27,072 bases of DNA. It comes from Acidobacteriota bacterium (GTDB taxonomy: Bacteria; Acidobacteriota; CAIWXX01). Numbering within the stretch: the stretch's first letter is position 1; the number at the start of each line of letters is the position of its first letter. Both the position numbers and the translations under genes were made by a program. Below are positions 9,140 through 18,200 of the stretch, in pieces. The DNA is taken from the NCBI GenBank assembly GCA_040755995.1, contig JBFMAF010000007.1, forward strand, positions 1-27,072, written 5' to 3'. The notes under the pieces were generated by a model. The model searched no databases, was not told the origin of the DNA, and was given only the letters and a program-made list of their open reading frames with translations.

Positions 9140-9209
9140 ACGAATCAGGCGGCAGCAGTGAGGGTCGCTGTGGCGGTCAGTCTGGTGCGACGCTAGCCAG
9201 GAGCATGTC

Positions 9210-9272
9210 ATGATCAACTTGGTGGTGTTGGCGGTATTTGCCCTAATCGTTCTGCTCATCATTCTGTTCTGA
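9210..9272 (+). CDS. Putative 20-aa single-pass membrane microprotein MINLVVLAVFALIVLLIILF
   Basis: AGGAG at 9199-9203, ATG 9210, TGA 9270-9272; almost entirely hydrophobic; directly downstream of the strong promoter. Confidence 0.55.
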   Translation: MINLVVLAVFALIVLLIILF

Positions 9273-9354
9273 GCCCATGGTGAGCTGACCGCTAGGGAGG
9301 GACGGCGCACTTCTAACCCATTCCTACCATTACGCGGCCCACATTTGTTAGAAC

Positions 9355-9378
9355 GGGGGAGTTCGAGAGGACTCCCCC
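9355..9378 (+). other. 10-bp GNRA-capped hairpin (possible terminator, attenuator or processing site)
   Basis: GGGGGAGTTC-GAGA-GGACTCCCCC (one G-U pair); only a weak U-tract follows. Confidence 0.45.
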
Positions 9379-9436
9379 ACCCGCCTTTCAACGCCCACGA
9401 TTGCAGCTAACCGGACTGACCGGGATCTGAACGAGA

Positions 9437-12127
9437 ATGAACACTCTCCGCGAAAGCATCGCTCCACAGGCCCGCCGCGCCGCTCGCCAGATTCGGCGCG
9501 GTCTTGCCGGCCTCTGGCGCGGGCTTCTTGAATTCCTGGAGATCATCGGCCTCCGCGAGGAACGGCGGATCGAGCACGCGAGCCAGCTCGCGCGATTCCG
9601 CCTGAATCACACGGAGTTCCGCAAGCTGTTGTCGGCAAACAACAGCTTCCTCGAAACCATCTCGGACCTCGAAGCCAAGCTGCTTGGCGACGAGTTCTTC
9701 GACCGGGGATACGTGAGACGGAAGTCCGTGCGAGCCGTGGCAGACATTCACCGTATGGTGGAGAGCCTCGCCGTGATCTCCGAATGCCGGTACCCCCAGC
9801 TGAATCCGGCGTTCGACCGGATCACGGCTGAGCTCACTGGGGCGCTCCAAGAGACGCGAGCCGCGGCCTCCGAGGACCTTGTGCTGTCGCTGGAGGCCAT
9901 CGGAGGCAGCCACTCGGACCTGGTCGGCGGCAAGATGAGCAACCTGGGCGAGCTGAAAAGTGCCCTGTCGCTGCCGGTGCCGGATGGGTTCGCGGTCACT
10001 ACCGCTGGATTCAAGCTGCTGCTCGAGGAGTCCGGAGTGGAGTCCGCCATCCAGGATGAGTTGATGACAGTGCAGTCAGCCGCTGACGTACAGCGTGTGA
10101 GCGGGACAGTGCAGGAACTGGTATTGGGTGCGCGCGTCCCGGACCGGCTGGCCTCGGCCATCCTGAATGCCTACGATGGGCTGGAAGCCAGGTCCCGGTC
10201 ACTGCCGCGACTAGCCGTGCGATCCAGCGCACTCGGGGAAGATGGGGACCGGTCGTTCGCCGGCCAGTTTCTGACGGAGCTCAACGTCTCGCGCGACGGG
10301 TTGCTCGACGCCTACCTGCGTGTGGTCGCCAGCCTGTATTCACCCGAGGCCATTCACTACCGGATGCTCCACGGAATCCCGGCGGAATCTTCCCAGATGG
10401 CCGTGGGCTGCATTGCCATGGTGGACGCCGTGGCGAGCGGAATCATGTTCTCGGTGGACCCCAACCACCCGGATGATGGGACAGTGCTGATCCATGCACT
10501 ACGGGGATTAGGTGTGAGGCTGGCCGACGGGAGCTCCTCAGCGGAGACCATCCAGGTGACCGTGGGAGGCCCCGTCCCGACGATCCGGCGTGCGCAATCG
10601 ACGCAGGAGAGCCGCGTGGTGTGCGGCTCCGACAGGGGAGTCGTCGAGGAGGCGATGGAGGCGGTGGAGCAGGAAGGGCAATGTGTCACGGACGAAGAGG
10701 CCGTCAGACTGTCGGAGTGGGCCAGGGCGCTGGAGATGCACTTCGGCTGCCCCCAGGACATCGAGTGGGCAGTGGATGTGGAACGCCGCCCCACTATCCT
10801 CCAGTCCCGGCCGCTTCTGGTCTCACATGGGGAGCTCCGAGCCTCCCCTCCGGTTCCCGGCTACAAAGTGCTGGTGACCGGTGGCGAGGTGGCCTGCCCC
10901 GGGGTCGGTCACGGGCCGGCCGCGCACCTTGACCAGGATGGGGACATGGATTCGTTCCCGCCTGGCGCGGTGCTGATCGCGAAACGCTCATCCCCGAAGT
11001 TCGTGAGGGTGATGGACAAGGCCCGCGCCATCGTGACGGACGCGGGCAGCACCACGGGCCACATGGCCTCTCTGGCTCGAGAGTTCCGCGTGCCGACCCT
11101 GCTGAACACGGGCATTGCAACGCGCTCGATAGCCGACGGCGCCATGATCACCGTGGACGCCGGCTCCGGCCGTGTCTACGAGGGCGAGGTAACGAGGCTG
11201 ATCGAGATGGAGAGACTGGGAGGCGATGAACGTGAGAACGCACGCCTGATGCGCGAGAGCCCGGCCTTCCGCTTCCTTCAGGAGGCGGCGGATCTCATCG
11301 TGCCGCTCAACCTGACCGATCCGCGGTCCCGAGACTTCACCGTCGACAATTGCAGGACGCTTCACGACCTGGCTCGGTACATTCACGAGATGTCATACGA
11401 AGAGATGTTCCGAATGGGGGAAAAGCTCGGTGACGTTCGCAGCTCGAGCTACTACCTCGACGTCTTCCTCCCCGTGGACCTCTACATCGTCGACCTCGGT
11501 GGCGGACTCGAAGCGCCCGCGAGAGGCCGCAAGGTCAAGCTGCCTCAGGTGAAGTCTCTTCCCCTCGCCGCGCTGCTCAAGGGCATGCTCCACGAAGGTA
11601 TCCCCCGGTTCGGCCCGAGGCCGATGGACCTGGGCGGCTTCTTCTCGATCATGATGCGCCATGCGATGACGAGCCCCGAGCAAGAACGGACATTTCGCGA
11701 CCCGTGCTACGCCATCGTGTCCGATCGCTATCTCAACTACACGGCACGGGTGGGGTATCACTTCGGTGTCGTGGACACCTACTGCGGATTCACCGCCAAC
11801 AAGAACTACATCAGCTTCCACTTCAAAGGAGGGGCGGCGGACCGAGTGCGCCGGAGCCGCAGGGTGCTGGCGATCGCCGGAATCTTGAAAGAACACGGGT
11901 TCTCCGTGTGGGTGAACCGCGACCTCGTCAACGCGCGCCTCGGCAAGGCGCCCCGCGACGAGACGGCTCGGCAGTTGGAAATGATCGGGCGCCTCTTGCA
12001 GTTCTTCCGGCAGCTGGACGTCTCGATGGCATCGGACGAGTCCATCCGCTATATCCAGGACGCCTTTCTGCGCGGCGACTACAGCCTGGAACGGGGCACC
12101 GGTCAGGGAGACGCGGAGACGCGGTGA
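9437..12127 (+). CDS. PEP synthase / pyruvate,water dikinase-like protein (ATP-grasp plus phospho-His swivel domain)
   Basis: VGGKMSNLGEL, VPDGFAVT, AVRSSALGED..SFAGQF, PQDIEWA, ILQSRPL, TDAGSTTGHMASLAREF (phospho-His). C-terminus SFHFKGGAAD instead of a canonical PEP-binding TIM barrel. Confidence 0.88.
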   Translation: MNTLRESIAPQARRAARQIRRGLAGLWRGLLEFLEIIGLREERRIEHASQLARFRLNHTEFRKLLSANNSFLETISDLEAKLLGDEFFDRGYVRRKSVRAVADIHRMVESLAVISECRYPQLNPAFDRITAELTGALQETRAAASEDLVLSLEAIGGSHSDLVGGKMSNLGELKSALSLPVPDGFAVTTAGFKLLLEESGVESAIQDELMTVQSAADVQRVSGTVQELVLGARVPDRLASAILNAYDGLEARSRSLPRLAVRSSALGEDGDRSFAGQFLTELNVSRDGLLDAYLRVVASLYSPEAIHYRMLHGIPAESSQMAVGCIAMVDAVASGIMFSVDPNHPDDGTVLIHALRGLGVRLADGSSSAETIQVTVGGPVPTIRRAQSTQESRVVCGSDRGVVEEAMEAVEQEGQCVTDEEAVRLSEWARALEMHFGCPQDIEWAVDVERRPTILQSRPLLVSHGELRASPPVPGYKVLVTGGEVACPGVGHGPAAHLDQDGDMDSFPPGAVLIAKRSSPKFVRVMDKARAIVTDAGSTTGHMASLAREFRVPTLLNTGIATRSIADGAMITVDAGSGRVYEGEVTRLIEMERLGGDERENARLMRESPAFRFLQEAADLIVPLNLTDPRSRDFTVDNCRTLHDLARYIHEMSYEEMFRMGEKLGDVRSSSYYLDVFLPVDLYIVDLGGGLEAPARGRKVKLPQVKSLPLAALLKGMLHEGIPRFGPRPMDLGGFFSIMMRHAMTSPEQERTFRDPCYAIVSDRYLNYTARVGYHFGVVDTYCGFTANKNYISFHFKGGAADRVRRSRRVLAIAGILKEHGFSVWVNRDLVNARLGKAPRDETARQLEMIGRLLQFFRQLDVSMASDESIRYIQDAFLRGDYSLERGTGQGDAETR

Positions 12128-12168
12128 ACACGCAGACCTGGTGAGGCGCAGACGCGGGGGCACGGCGA
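12104..12168 (-). repeat. 8-bp tandem repeat (TCHCCGYG family, reverse orientation) overlapping the PPS-like stop codon
   Basis: CAGGGAGA-CGCGGAGA-CGCGGTGA, then degenerate units to CACGGCGA. Reverse complements of the first three units equal units in the 26841-26936 array. Confidence 0.65.
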
Positions 12169-12206
12169 CGCGCGGAGGTGCTTGGCCGCGGACTCTGATC
12201 TGGCAG

Positions 12207-12231
12207 ATTCCGCATGCCGAATTCCGCATTC
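12207..12231. repeat. 7-bp tandem repeat ATTCCGC
   Basis: ATTCCGC-ATGCCGA-ATTCCGC-ATTC. Confidence 0.55.
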
Positions 12232-12247
12232 ACGGCGCCCGCCTGAT

Positions 12248-12275
12248 TTGACTTTTTCCGGCATCATGCCATAAT
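12248..12275 (+). promoter_or_regulatory. Putative sigma70 promoter for the patatin gene (probably leaderless transcript)
   Basis: TTGACT (12248-12253), 16 bp, extended -10 TG-C-CATAAT (12267-12275). ATG 12284 follows after 8 nt with no SD. Confidence 0.6.
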
Positions 12276-12283
12276 TAGATTAG

Positions 12284-13510
12284 ATGCCACGGCACGCGGC
12301 CAACGGGAGCAAGAACGGCAAGCGGAACAAGACAGCTCTCGTTTGCGCCGGAGGCGGCTTGACGGGAATGGTCTATGAGGCCGGCTGCCTCAAGGCAATC
12401 GACGACTTCTTCGCCAACTTCTCGGTTCTGGACTTCGACATATACGTGGGCGTGTCCGCCGGCGCCTACATCGCCGCGTGCTGCGCGAATCGAATCAGTC
12501 CGGAAGAGATGTACCGCGACATTGTGGAGAGGAGCGAGCGGTCGCAGACGTTCAGCCGGGCGCCCATTTTCCAGCTGAACACCTCCGAGATCGCTGCCAA
12601 GCTGAAGAGGATCCCGGGTCTGGCTTACGAGACCGCGCGGACGTACGTGAGGAACTGGCGGAGCTGGACTTTGGCCGATTTCGTCTTCAGCCTCGGCGAG
12701 CTCCTTCCGAGCGGAATCATGGACAACACGGGCACCGGAGAGTACCTGCGGGATCTCTTCTCGCAGGAGGACCGCACCGATGACTTCCGGAAGCTGGACA
12801 AAGAACTGTACGTGGTCGCCACGAACATCGACACGGGCGAGGCGACAGTCTTCGGCGAATGCTGCCGCGACACGCCGATCTCACTGGCTGTCCAGGCCTC
12901 GGGCGCCCTGCCAGGGGTGTGGAAACCGGTCAGGATCGGGGATACGGAGTTCGTGGATGGGGGCATCAACCGGACGGCCCACATGTTGCAAGCCATAAAG
13001 CACGGCGCCGGCCTGATCTTGTGTGTGAATCCCATCGTGCCCATATTCAATCCTGTGGAGAGCCCCGTGCTGCCTCGACGCAACGGTCGGCCGGCGTATC
13101 TGAGCGAGAAGGGTCTCCCCACGATCCTCGATCAGGCGTTCCGGATCGTCCTGCACTCGCGCATGAAGTACGGCCTGCAGTTCTATGCGCAGAGCTACCC
13201 CGATGTCGAGATCATCCTGATCGAACCCCCGCGCGATGATCTCAAGATGTTCGTCTACAACATTCTCAGGTACTCCGTGCGCGTCGACATCGCTCAGCAC
13301 GGATTCGCCACCGCACGCCGGACCTTCCAGCGGCATTTCGACGAGTACGCCGCCGTCTTCGCCCGCCACGGCGTCAAGCTATCGAGCGAGCTGGTCGAGA
13401 CCGAGCAGGCTCGTATGGACCAGGGGACTCCTGTATTCCGCCATGGGCCGATGAATGCGCTCAGCCGCTCGCTCGAGAAGCTCGAGATGCGCCTGCGAAA
13501 CGCGTCGTAG
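12284..13510 (+). CDS. Patatin-like phospholipase family protein
   Basis: Gly-rich ALVCAGGGLTG, nucleophile elbow GVSAG, catalytic FVDGG. Confidence 0.92.
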   Translation: MPRHAANGSKNGKRNKTALVCAGGGLTGMVYEAGCLKAIDDFFANFSVLDFDIYVGVSAGAYIAACCANRISPEEMYRDIVERSERSQTFSRAPIFQLNTSEIAAKLKRIPGLAYETARTYVRNWRSWTLADFVFSLGELLPSGIMDNTGTGEYLRDLFSQEDRTDDFRKLDKELYVVATNIDTGEATVFGECCRDTPISLAVQASGALPGVWKPVRIGDTEFVDGGINRTAHMLQAIKHGAGLILCVNPIVPIFNPVESPVLPRRNGRPAYLSEKGLPTILDQAFRIVLHSRMKYGLQFYAQSYPDVEIILIEPPRDDLKMFVYNILRYSVRVDIAQHGFATARRTFQRHFDEYAAVFARHGVKLSSELVETEQARMDQGTPVFRHGPMNALSRSLEKLEMRLRNAS

Positions 13511-13684
13511 CCCTTGCGGGCGGCGCGCAGACCCATCCGGTCGTGCCGGCCATGAGCGCGCGGCCCGCCGGCCCATCACGATGACTCGCCCGGCGGCTCC
13601 GCGGGCGGGGTGCCGATCTTGCTCGCCCGTCTCCATCGACATAAGATAGCCAGTGCGCAGCAGCATCGGGTTGATGGATCGAAC

Positions 13685-14053
13685 GTGAACAGACCAGAGA
13701 AGCTCTTCTACAAGAGGGCCGAGGTGTGCCAGATCGCGGAGATCCCGCAGCACACGCTGCGTGTATGGGAAGCGGAATTCGCGCTGCAGCCCGTGAAGAA
13801 TGCATCGGGCCAGGTCCTCTATCACAAGAGGGACAAGGACCTGGTTCTGAAGATCAAGTCACTCGTCTACGAGGAAGGGCTCACGATCCCGGGGGCGAAG
13901 AAACGTCTCGAGTCCGAAGCCCCGGCACCGCACGCCCCCACGCCACCGGTTCGGGACCCGGCGACCGAGCTGCTGCTGGAAGTTCGCAAGGATTTGAAGG
14001 CGCTGTTGACACTGCTTTCCGGAAGTGATACCAATTCGATTGTCGGGACGTAG
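13685..14053 (+). CDS. MerR-family HTH transcriptional regulator
   Basis: GTG 13685; PEKLFYKRAEVCQIAEIPQHTLRVWEAEF...LYHKRD...EEGLTIPGAKKRL. This family is typically found next to tRNA-Pro and surE. Confidence 0.88.
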   Translation: MNRPEKLFYKRAEVCQIAEIPQHTLRVWEAEFALQPVKNASGQVLYHKRDKDLVLKIKSLVYEEGLTIPGAKKRLESEAPAPHAPTPPVRDPATELLLEVRKDLKALLTLLSGSDTNSIVGT

Positions 14054-14120
14054 CGCAGCCTGGTAGCGCACACGCTTGGGGTGCGTGTGGTCGGTGGTTC
14101 AAATCCACTCGTCCCGACCA
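14044..14120 (+). tRNA. tRNA-Pro(GGG)
   Basis: Acceptor CGGGACG/CGTCCCG, anticodon arm CACGC-TTGGGGT-GCGTG, T arm GGTGG-TTCAAAT-CCACT, encoded CCA, followed by a T-run. Confidence 0.97.
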
Positions 14121-14218
14121 TTTTTTTTCGCGGGCGGGATTGCGGGCCGCCGCAGCGGAGGAGACGGTGGAGATCGGATCGAAGGTCCGCGCCGGCAGCC
14201 CCCGAGGAGGCCAGAACA

Positions 14219-14965
14219 GTGCCTAGGATTCTCATCACGAACGACGACGGCATTCAAAGCGAGGGGATGAGGTACCTCTCCGAGGCCCTGTCGGAGGTAG
14301 GGCAGGTTGTCGTGGTGGCGCCGGACCGCGAGCGGAGCGCGATCAGCAGGGCCATCACCCTGCACCATCCACTGCGCATCTCGACTCTCGACAAGGACGT
14401 GCACATCCTGGACGGCACCCCTACCGACTGCGTGTTTGTGGGTGCCGGCTTCATAATGAAGAAGCGACCGGACCTCGTCGTGGCCGGCATCAACAAGGGG
14501 TGGAACCTGGGCGAGGACAACGCTTACTCCGGCACGGTCTCCGCCGCCATCCAGGGAACCCTGCTCGAAGTGCCGTCCTTCGCCGTCTCGACCATCGACT
14601 TCAGCGAGGACTCATTCCGACGCGCCGCGCGCTTCGCGCGCAAGATCGCAATCGAAATCCTCCACGATCGGATCAGGCTGCACGAGACTACCCTTTCCAT
14701 AAACTTCCCCCTCGGCGAGCCGAAAGGAGTCCGCTGGACGCGCATGGGAGTCCGGCGGTACCAACCCGAGGTTCTGGAAAAAGCCGATCCGCGCGGGCGG
14801 AAGTACTACTGGATCGGCGACGGGCATCCGTCGGATCGGTCGGAACGCGGCACCGACGTGTGGGCGGTGAAACACGGCTATGTCTCGGTGACACCGCTCC
14901 GCCTCGACTGGACCGACCACGACCTGCTGAAGAAAGCCCGAGTGCTGGAACTGGACGAAGCCTGA
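14219..14965 (+). CDS. surE: 5'/3'-nucleotidase SurE
   Basis: GAGGAGG then GTG 14219; ILITNDDG, VVAPDRERS, DGTPTDCV, GINKGWNLG, YSGTVSAA, DPRGRKYYWIG, GYVSVTPL. Confidence 0.97.
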   Translation: MPRILITNDDGIQSEGMRYLSEALSEVGQVVVVAPDRERSAISRAITLHHPLRISTLDKDVHILDGTPTDCVFVGAGFIMKKRPDLVVAGINKGWNLGEDNAYSGTVSAAIQGTLLEVPSFAVSTIDFSEDSFRRAARFARKIAIEILHDRIRLHETTLSINFPLGEPKGVRWTRMGVRRYQPEVLEKADPRGRKYYWIGDGHPSDRSERGTDVWAVKHGYVSVTPLRLDWTDHDLLKKARVLELDEA

Positions 14966-15090
14966 GCAGTCCGGGCCGCACGATGCACGTGGCGGCATGC
15001 AGGCCGGCCTGGCTTCCAGCGTTTTGCATATTGTCTCTTTCTCTTTCGTTTTGCAAAGTGACCCTCTCTTGTGATTAGATTAATAAGAGG

Positions 15091-15168
<78 letters not shown>

Positions 15169-15183
15169 TTCTTCTTGAGGGAC

Positions 15184-15456
15184 ATGCGGAGCCGCAGGTA
15201 CACTGTGACGGGGCGCGTGCAGGGAGTCGGGTACAGGTACTACGCTCACGGTTGCGCCCGCCAACGCGGCATCACCGGTTACGTGCGCAATCTCTGGAAC
15301 GGCGACGTCGAGGTCGTCGGGCAGGGCACACCGGAGGCCCTGGACCTGTTCGAGGCCGACTTGAGACGCGGGCCGCGCCACGCGCGCGTCACGGGAGTCA
15401 CCGTCGAAGACGTGGACATCCCCCCGTGCCGTGACTTCGGTGTCGAATTCTTCTGA
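15184..15456 (+). CDS. acyP: Acylphosphatase
   Basis: [36 protein letters not shown] before ATG. Confidence 0.95.
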   Translation: MRSRRYTVTGRVQGVGYRYYAHGCARQRGITGYVRNLWNGDVEVVGQGTPEALDLFEADLRRGPRHARVTGVTVEDVDIPPCRDFGVEFF

Positions 15457-15505
15457 AGGTAGGTGCGGAGCACGCCCCCCTGATCGGCGATATTCTGGAG
15501 GACCA

Positions 15506-16018
15506 ATGGAACTGAAGCAGTACATCCGCGACATCCCCGACTGGCCCAAGAAGGGGGTGATCTTCCGAGACCTGACACCGCTGTTCAAGGACAAGGCCGC
15601 CTTCAAGTATGCGGTGGATCAGCTCCACCAGCGGTACGGTGGAATGCAAGTGGACAGAGTTTGCGGGATCGAGGCGCGTGGTTTCATCCTCGCGCCGACC
15701 GTCGCCTATCTGCTAGGCTGCGGCTTCATCCCGGTGCGCAAGCCGAAGAAGCTCCCGTGGGAGACCGAGAAGGTGACGTATGACCTCGAGTACGGCACCG
15801 ACACCCTCGAGATCCATCGCGACGCTGTGCAGGCGGGCGAGAGGATACTGCTCATCGACGATCTGCTGGCGACGGGCGGCACCGCCGCCGGGGTCGTGAA
15901 GCTGATCCAGCGGCTTGGCGGCACGGTCGCGGGCGTTGGGTTCCTGGTGGAGCTCACCTTCCTCAACGGCCGCAGCAAGCTCGACGGCCAGGACGTCTTC
16001 TCTCTGATCTCGTACTAG
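15506..16018 (+). CDS. apt: Adenine phosphoribosyltransferase
   Basis: IRDIPDWPKKGVIFRDLTPL, GIEARGF, RKPKKLP, YDLEYGTD, PRPP motif LLIDDLLATGGT; GGAGG SD. Confidence 0.97.
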   Translation: MELKQYIRDIPDWPKKGVIFRDLTPLFKDKAAFKYAVDQLHQRYGGMQVDRVCGIEARGFILAPTVAYLLGCGFIPVRKPKKLPWETEKVTYDLEYGTDTLEIHRDAVQAGERILLIDDLLATGGTAAGVVKLIQRLGGTVAGVGFLVELTFLNGRSKLDGQDVFSLISY

Positions 16019-16021
16019 CCC

Positions 16022-17086
16022 ATGCCACTACAGCTCAGCCGGGTAACAGTTGCGGCACTAGCCAGGACGCTCGGCGCACCCTTCACGGGCAATGGAGACG
16101 CGATGATCGAAGGGGCCGGGTCGCTCGAGCAGGCGGAGGTGGGCGAGCTGAGCTACGTCGACAACTCGAGACACTTCCAGAAGGCGCTGAAATCGAGATG
16201 CTCCGCGATCATAGCGCCCGCCGAGTACGGGGACGACTCCAAGGCCGTCATCACGTTCCAGAATCCGAGGCTCGGCTTCGCCCGCGCTCTGGCCATCATC
16301 TACCCCGATCAGCCGATCGCCGTCGGGATCCATCCTACGGCGGTGATCGCGGCAGGTGCGAGCCTTGGTGAAGGCGTCTCGGTCGGCGCGTACAGTGTCG
16401 TCTGCGAGGATTGTGAAATAGGCGCGCGCACGCAGATCGCAGAGCACGTGACCATCATGCGCGGAGCCCGCATAGGTGAGCGGTGCCTGATCTACCCGGG
16501 CGTGCGGATCTACCACGACGTCGAGATCGGTCGCGAGTGCATACTGCACTCGGGTGCCGTCATCGGCAGTGACGGGCTCGGATTCGTGCTCACCGACGCG
16601 GGATATGAGAAGTTCCCGCAGAAGGGGAGTGTCGTTCTGGAAGACCAGGTCGAGATCGGCGCCAACACGACCATCGACCGTGGCGCGATCGAGAACACGG
16701 TCATCGGGCGGGGAACAAAGCTGGATAACCTGATCCATATCGCGCACAACTGTATACTCGGCGAGTCTTGCGTCTTCGCCGCCCAGACTGGTGTCGCCGG
16801 GAGCACGGTCATCGGCAACCGGGTCACTGTCGGCGGACAGGTCGGAGTCGCGGATCACTGTGTGATCGAGGACGGTGCGACGATTGGTGCCCAGGCAGGC
16901 ATACCGACGGGCAAGCGCATCCGGGCCAAGACGATGGTCTGGGGCACGCCGGCCCGCCCGATGGAAGAGTTCCGCGAGCAGTACAGGCACATACTGTCGC
17001 TCGGCAGCTTGCGCGCGACCGTCGAGGGTTTGGCGAAGAAACTCGAAGAGCTGGAATCTTTGGCAAGATCCCTGGAGTCCAAGTAG
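16022..17086 (+). CDS. lpxD: UDP-3-O-(3-hydroxyacyl)glucosamine N-acyltransferase
   Basis: Hexapeptide repeats, [42 protein letters not shown]. Confidence 0.96.
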   Translation: MPLQLSRVTVAALARTLGAPFTGNGDAMIEGAGSLEQAEVGELSYVDNSRHFQKALKSRCSAIIAPAEYGDDSKAVITFQNPRLGFARALAIIYPDQPIAVGIHPTAVIAAGASLGEGVSVGAYSVVCEDCEIGARTQIAEHVTIMRGARIGERCLIYPGVRIYHDVEIGRECILHSGAVIGSDGLGFVLTDAGYEKFPQKGSVVLEDQVEIGANTTIDRGAIENTVIGRGTKLDNLIHIAHNCILGESCVFAAQTGVAGSTVIGNRVTVGGQVGVADHCVIEDGATIGAQAGIPTGKRIRAKTMVWGTPARPMEEFREQYRHILSLGSLRATVEGLAKKLEELESLARSLESK

Positions 17087-17180
17087 CTCCACGAAAGGTT
17101 GCCTGCCCGAGATGCTCTGCCCTCGAATCATGGATTGGCTCCGCCGATACATCACGGCCCTGAGACTACCCTCGGGTTCC

Positions 17181-18125
17181 ATGTCCGAAGTCCGGAGATC
17201 GAAATCCGAAACTCTCAAACCTCTCTTGTTGGCGGCGCTCGTTCTTGCCCCGCCCTCCGTCTGCTTGGCTCAGACGACGGAGTCTGTGGTTGTTCCGATG
17301 GTAAAGGTCTACGTCACCGTGCGCGGCGAAGACGGCAAGCCCTTCGCGGGGCTCGGCCGCGCCGACTTCACTGTGCTCGAGGACGGGAAGAAGCAGGAGA
17401 TCAGCTACTTCAGCCAGGAGAAGATACCGCTCAAGGTGGGTCTGGTGCTCGACTGTTCGCTCTCGATGGAGCGGAACATGGAGGCCGCGAAAAGCGCCGC
17501 CATTCAGTTCATCGAGAAACTCGCGCCGGAGGACGAGGCGCTTGTGATCGGGTTCGGGGACACCGTGAGGAGCGCGTCGGTGTTGACGCGGGACCGCAAG
17601 GAGCTCGAGAGCCAGGTCAAGAAGATGTACGCGGCCGGCGGGACGGCTCTCTACGACGCGCTGCACACGGCGATTCTCACGCTGCGCGGCGAGGAGGGAA
17701 AGGCTGCGATCGTCTTGCTGAGCGATGGGAAGGACGAGGCCTGGGCCGGCGGCCGCCCGGGCAGCCGCAAGACCTTCGAGGAGATCAAGGAGGAGCTGGC
17801 GAGGAGCGAGATCGCGCTCTACCCGATTGCTTTCGGAACGGTGATCGACTTCTCAATGGAGTGGGACATCCAGCGCAACTACCCGTTGCGAGACATCCTC
17901 GAGACTCTCGCGCGGGTCAGCGGCGGGAGCTGCCTCTTCACGCAGAGCGCCACGGGACTTCCTTCGAGCTTCCTCTCGGTTCTCGATGAGCTCCGCAGGC
18001 AGTACAACCTCTTCTACACTCCGTCCAATACCAACATGGATGGCAAGTGGCGAGAGATCACCGTGGTCCTGAACCGTCCGTCGCGGAAGCTGAACTACAA
18101 GCAGGGCTACTACGCGACGCACTAG
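17181..18125 (+). CDS. Exported VWA-domain protein (Acidobacterial VWFA-related)
   Basis: Signal LLLAALVLAPPSVCLA; YVTVRGEDGKPFAGLGRADFTVLEDG; MIDAS DCSLS, GGTALYDAL, LLSDGKD; ELRRQYNLFYTP, DGKWREITV, GYYA. Confidence 0.9.
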   Translation: MSEVRRSKSETLKPLLLAALVLAPPSVCLAQTTESVVVPMVKVYVTVRGEDGKPFAGLGRADFTVLEDGKKQEISYFSQEKIPLKVGLVLDCSLSMERNMEAAKSAAIQFIEKLAPEDEALVIGFGDTVRSASVLTRDRKELESQVKKMYAAGGTALYDALHTAILTLRGEEGKAAIVLLSDGKDEAWAGGRPGSRKTFEEIKEELARSEIALYPIAFGTVIDFSMEWDIQRNYPLRDILETLARVSGGSCLFTQSATGLPSSFLSVLDELRRQYNLFYTPSNTNMDGKWREITVVLNRPSRKLNYKQGYYATH

Positions 18126-18152
18126 CTTGTTTCGGATTTCGGATTCCGAAAT
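17200..18152. repeat. 13-bp inverted repeat pair built from AAATCCG-type heptamers, bracketing the VWA gene
   Basis: CGAAATCCGAAAC (17200-17212) and GTTTCGGATTTCG (18129-18141). The right copy extends into palindrome ATTTCGGA-T-TCCGAAAT (18136-18152). Confidence 0.6.
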
Positions 18153-18200
18153 GGGGCGGGTGAGGTGAAATCTGAAGGCGCTGCTGTACGCATGCGGCAT

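Noticed and set aside
8816..9391. 192-aa N-terminal extension of the 946-aa VWA ORF
   Set aside because: Low-complexity translation that overlaps the opposite-strand promoter and microprotein; ATG 8815 has an SD and is nearer the signal segment.
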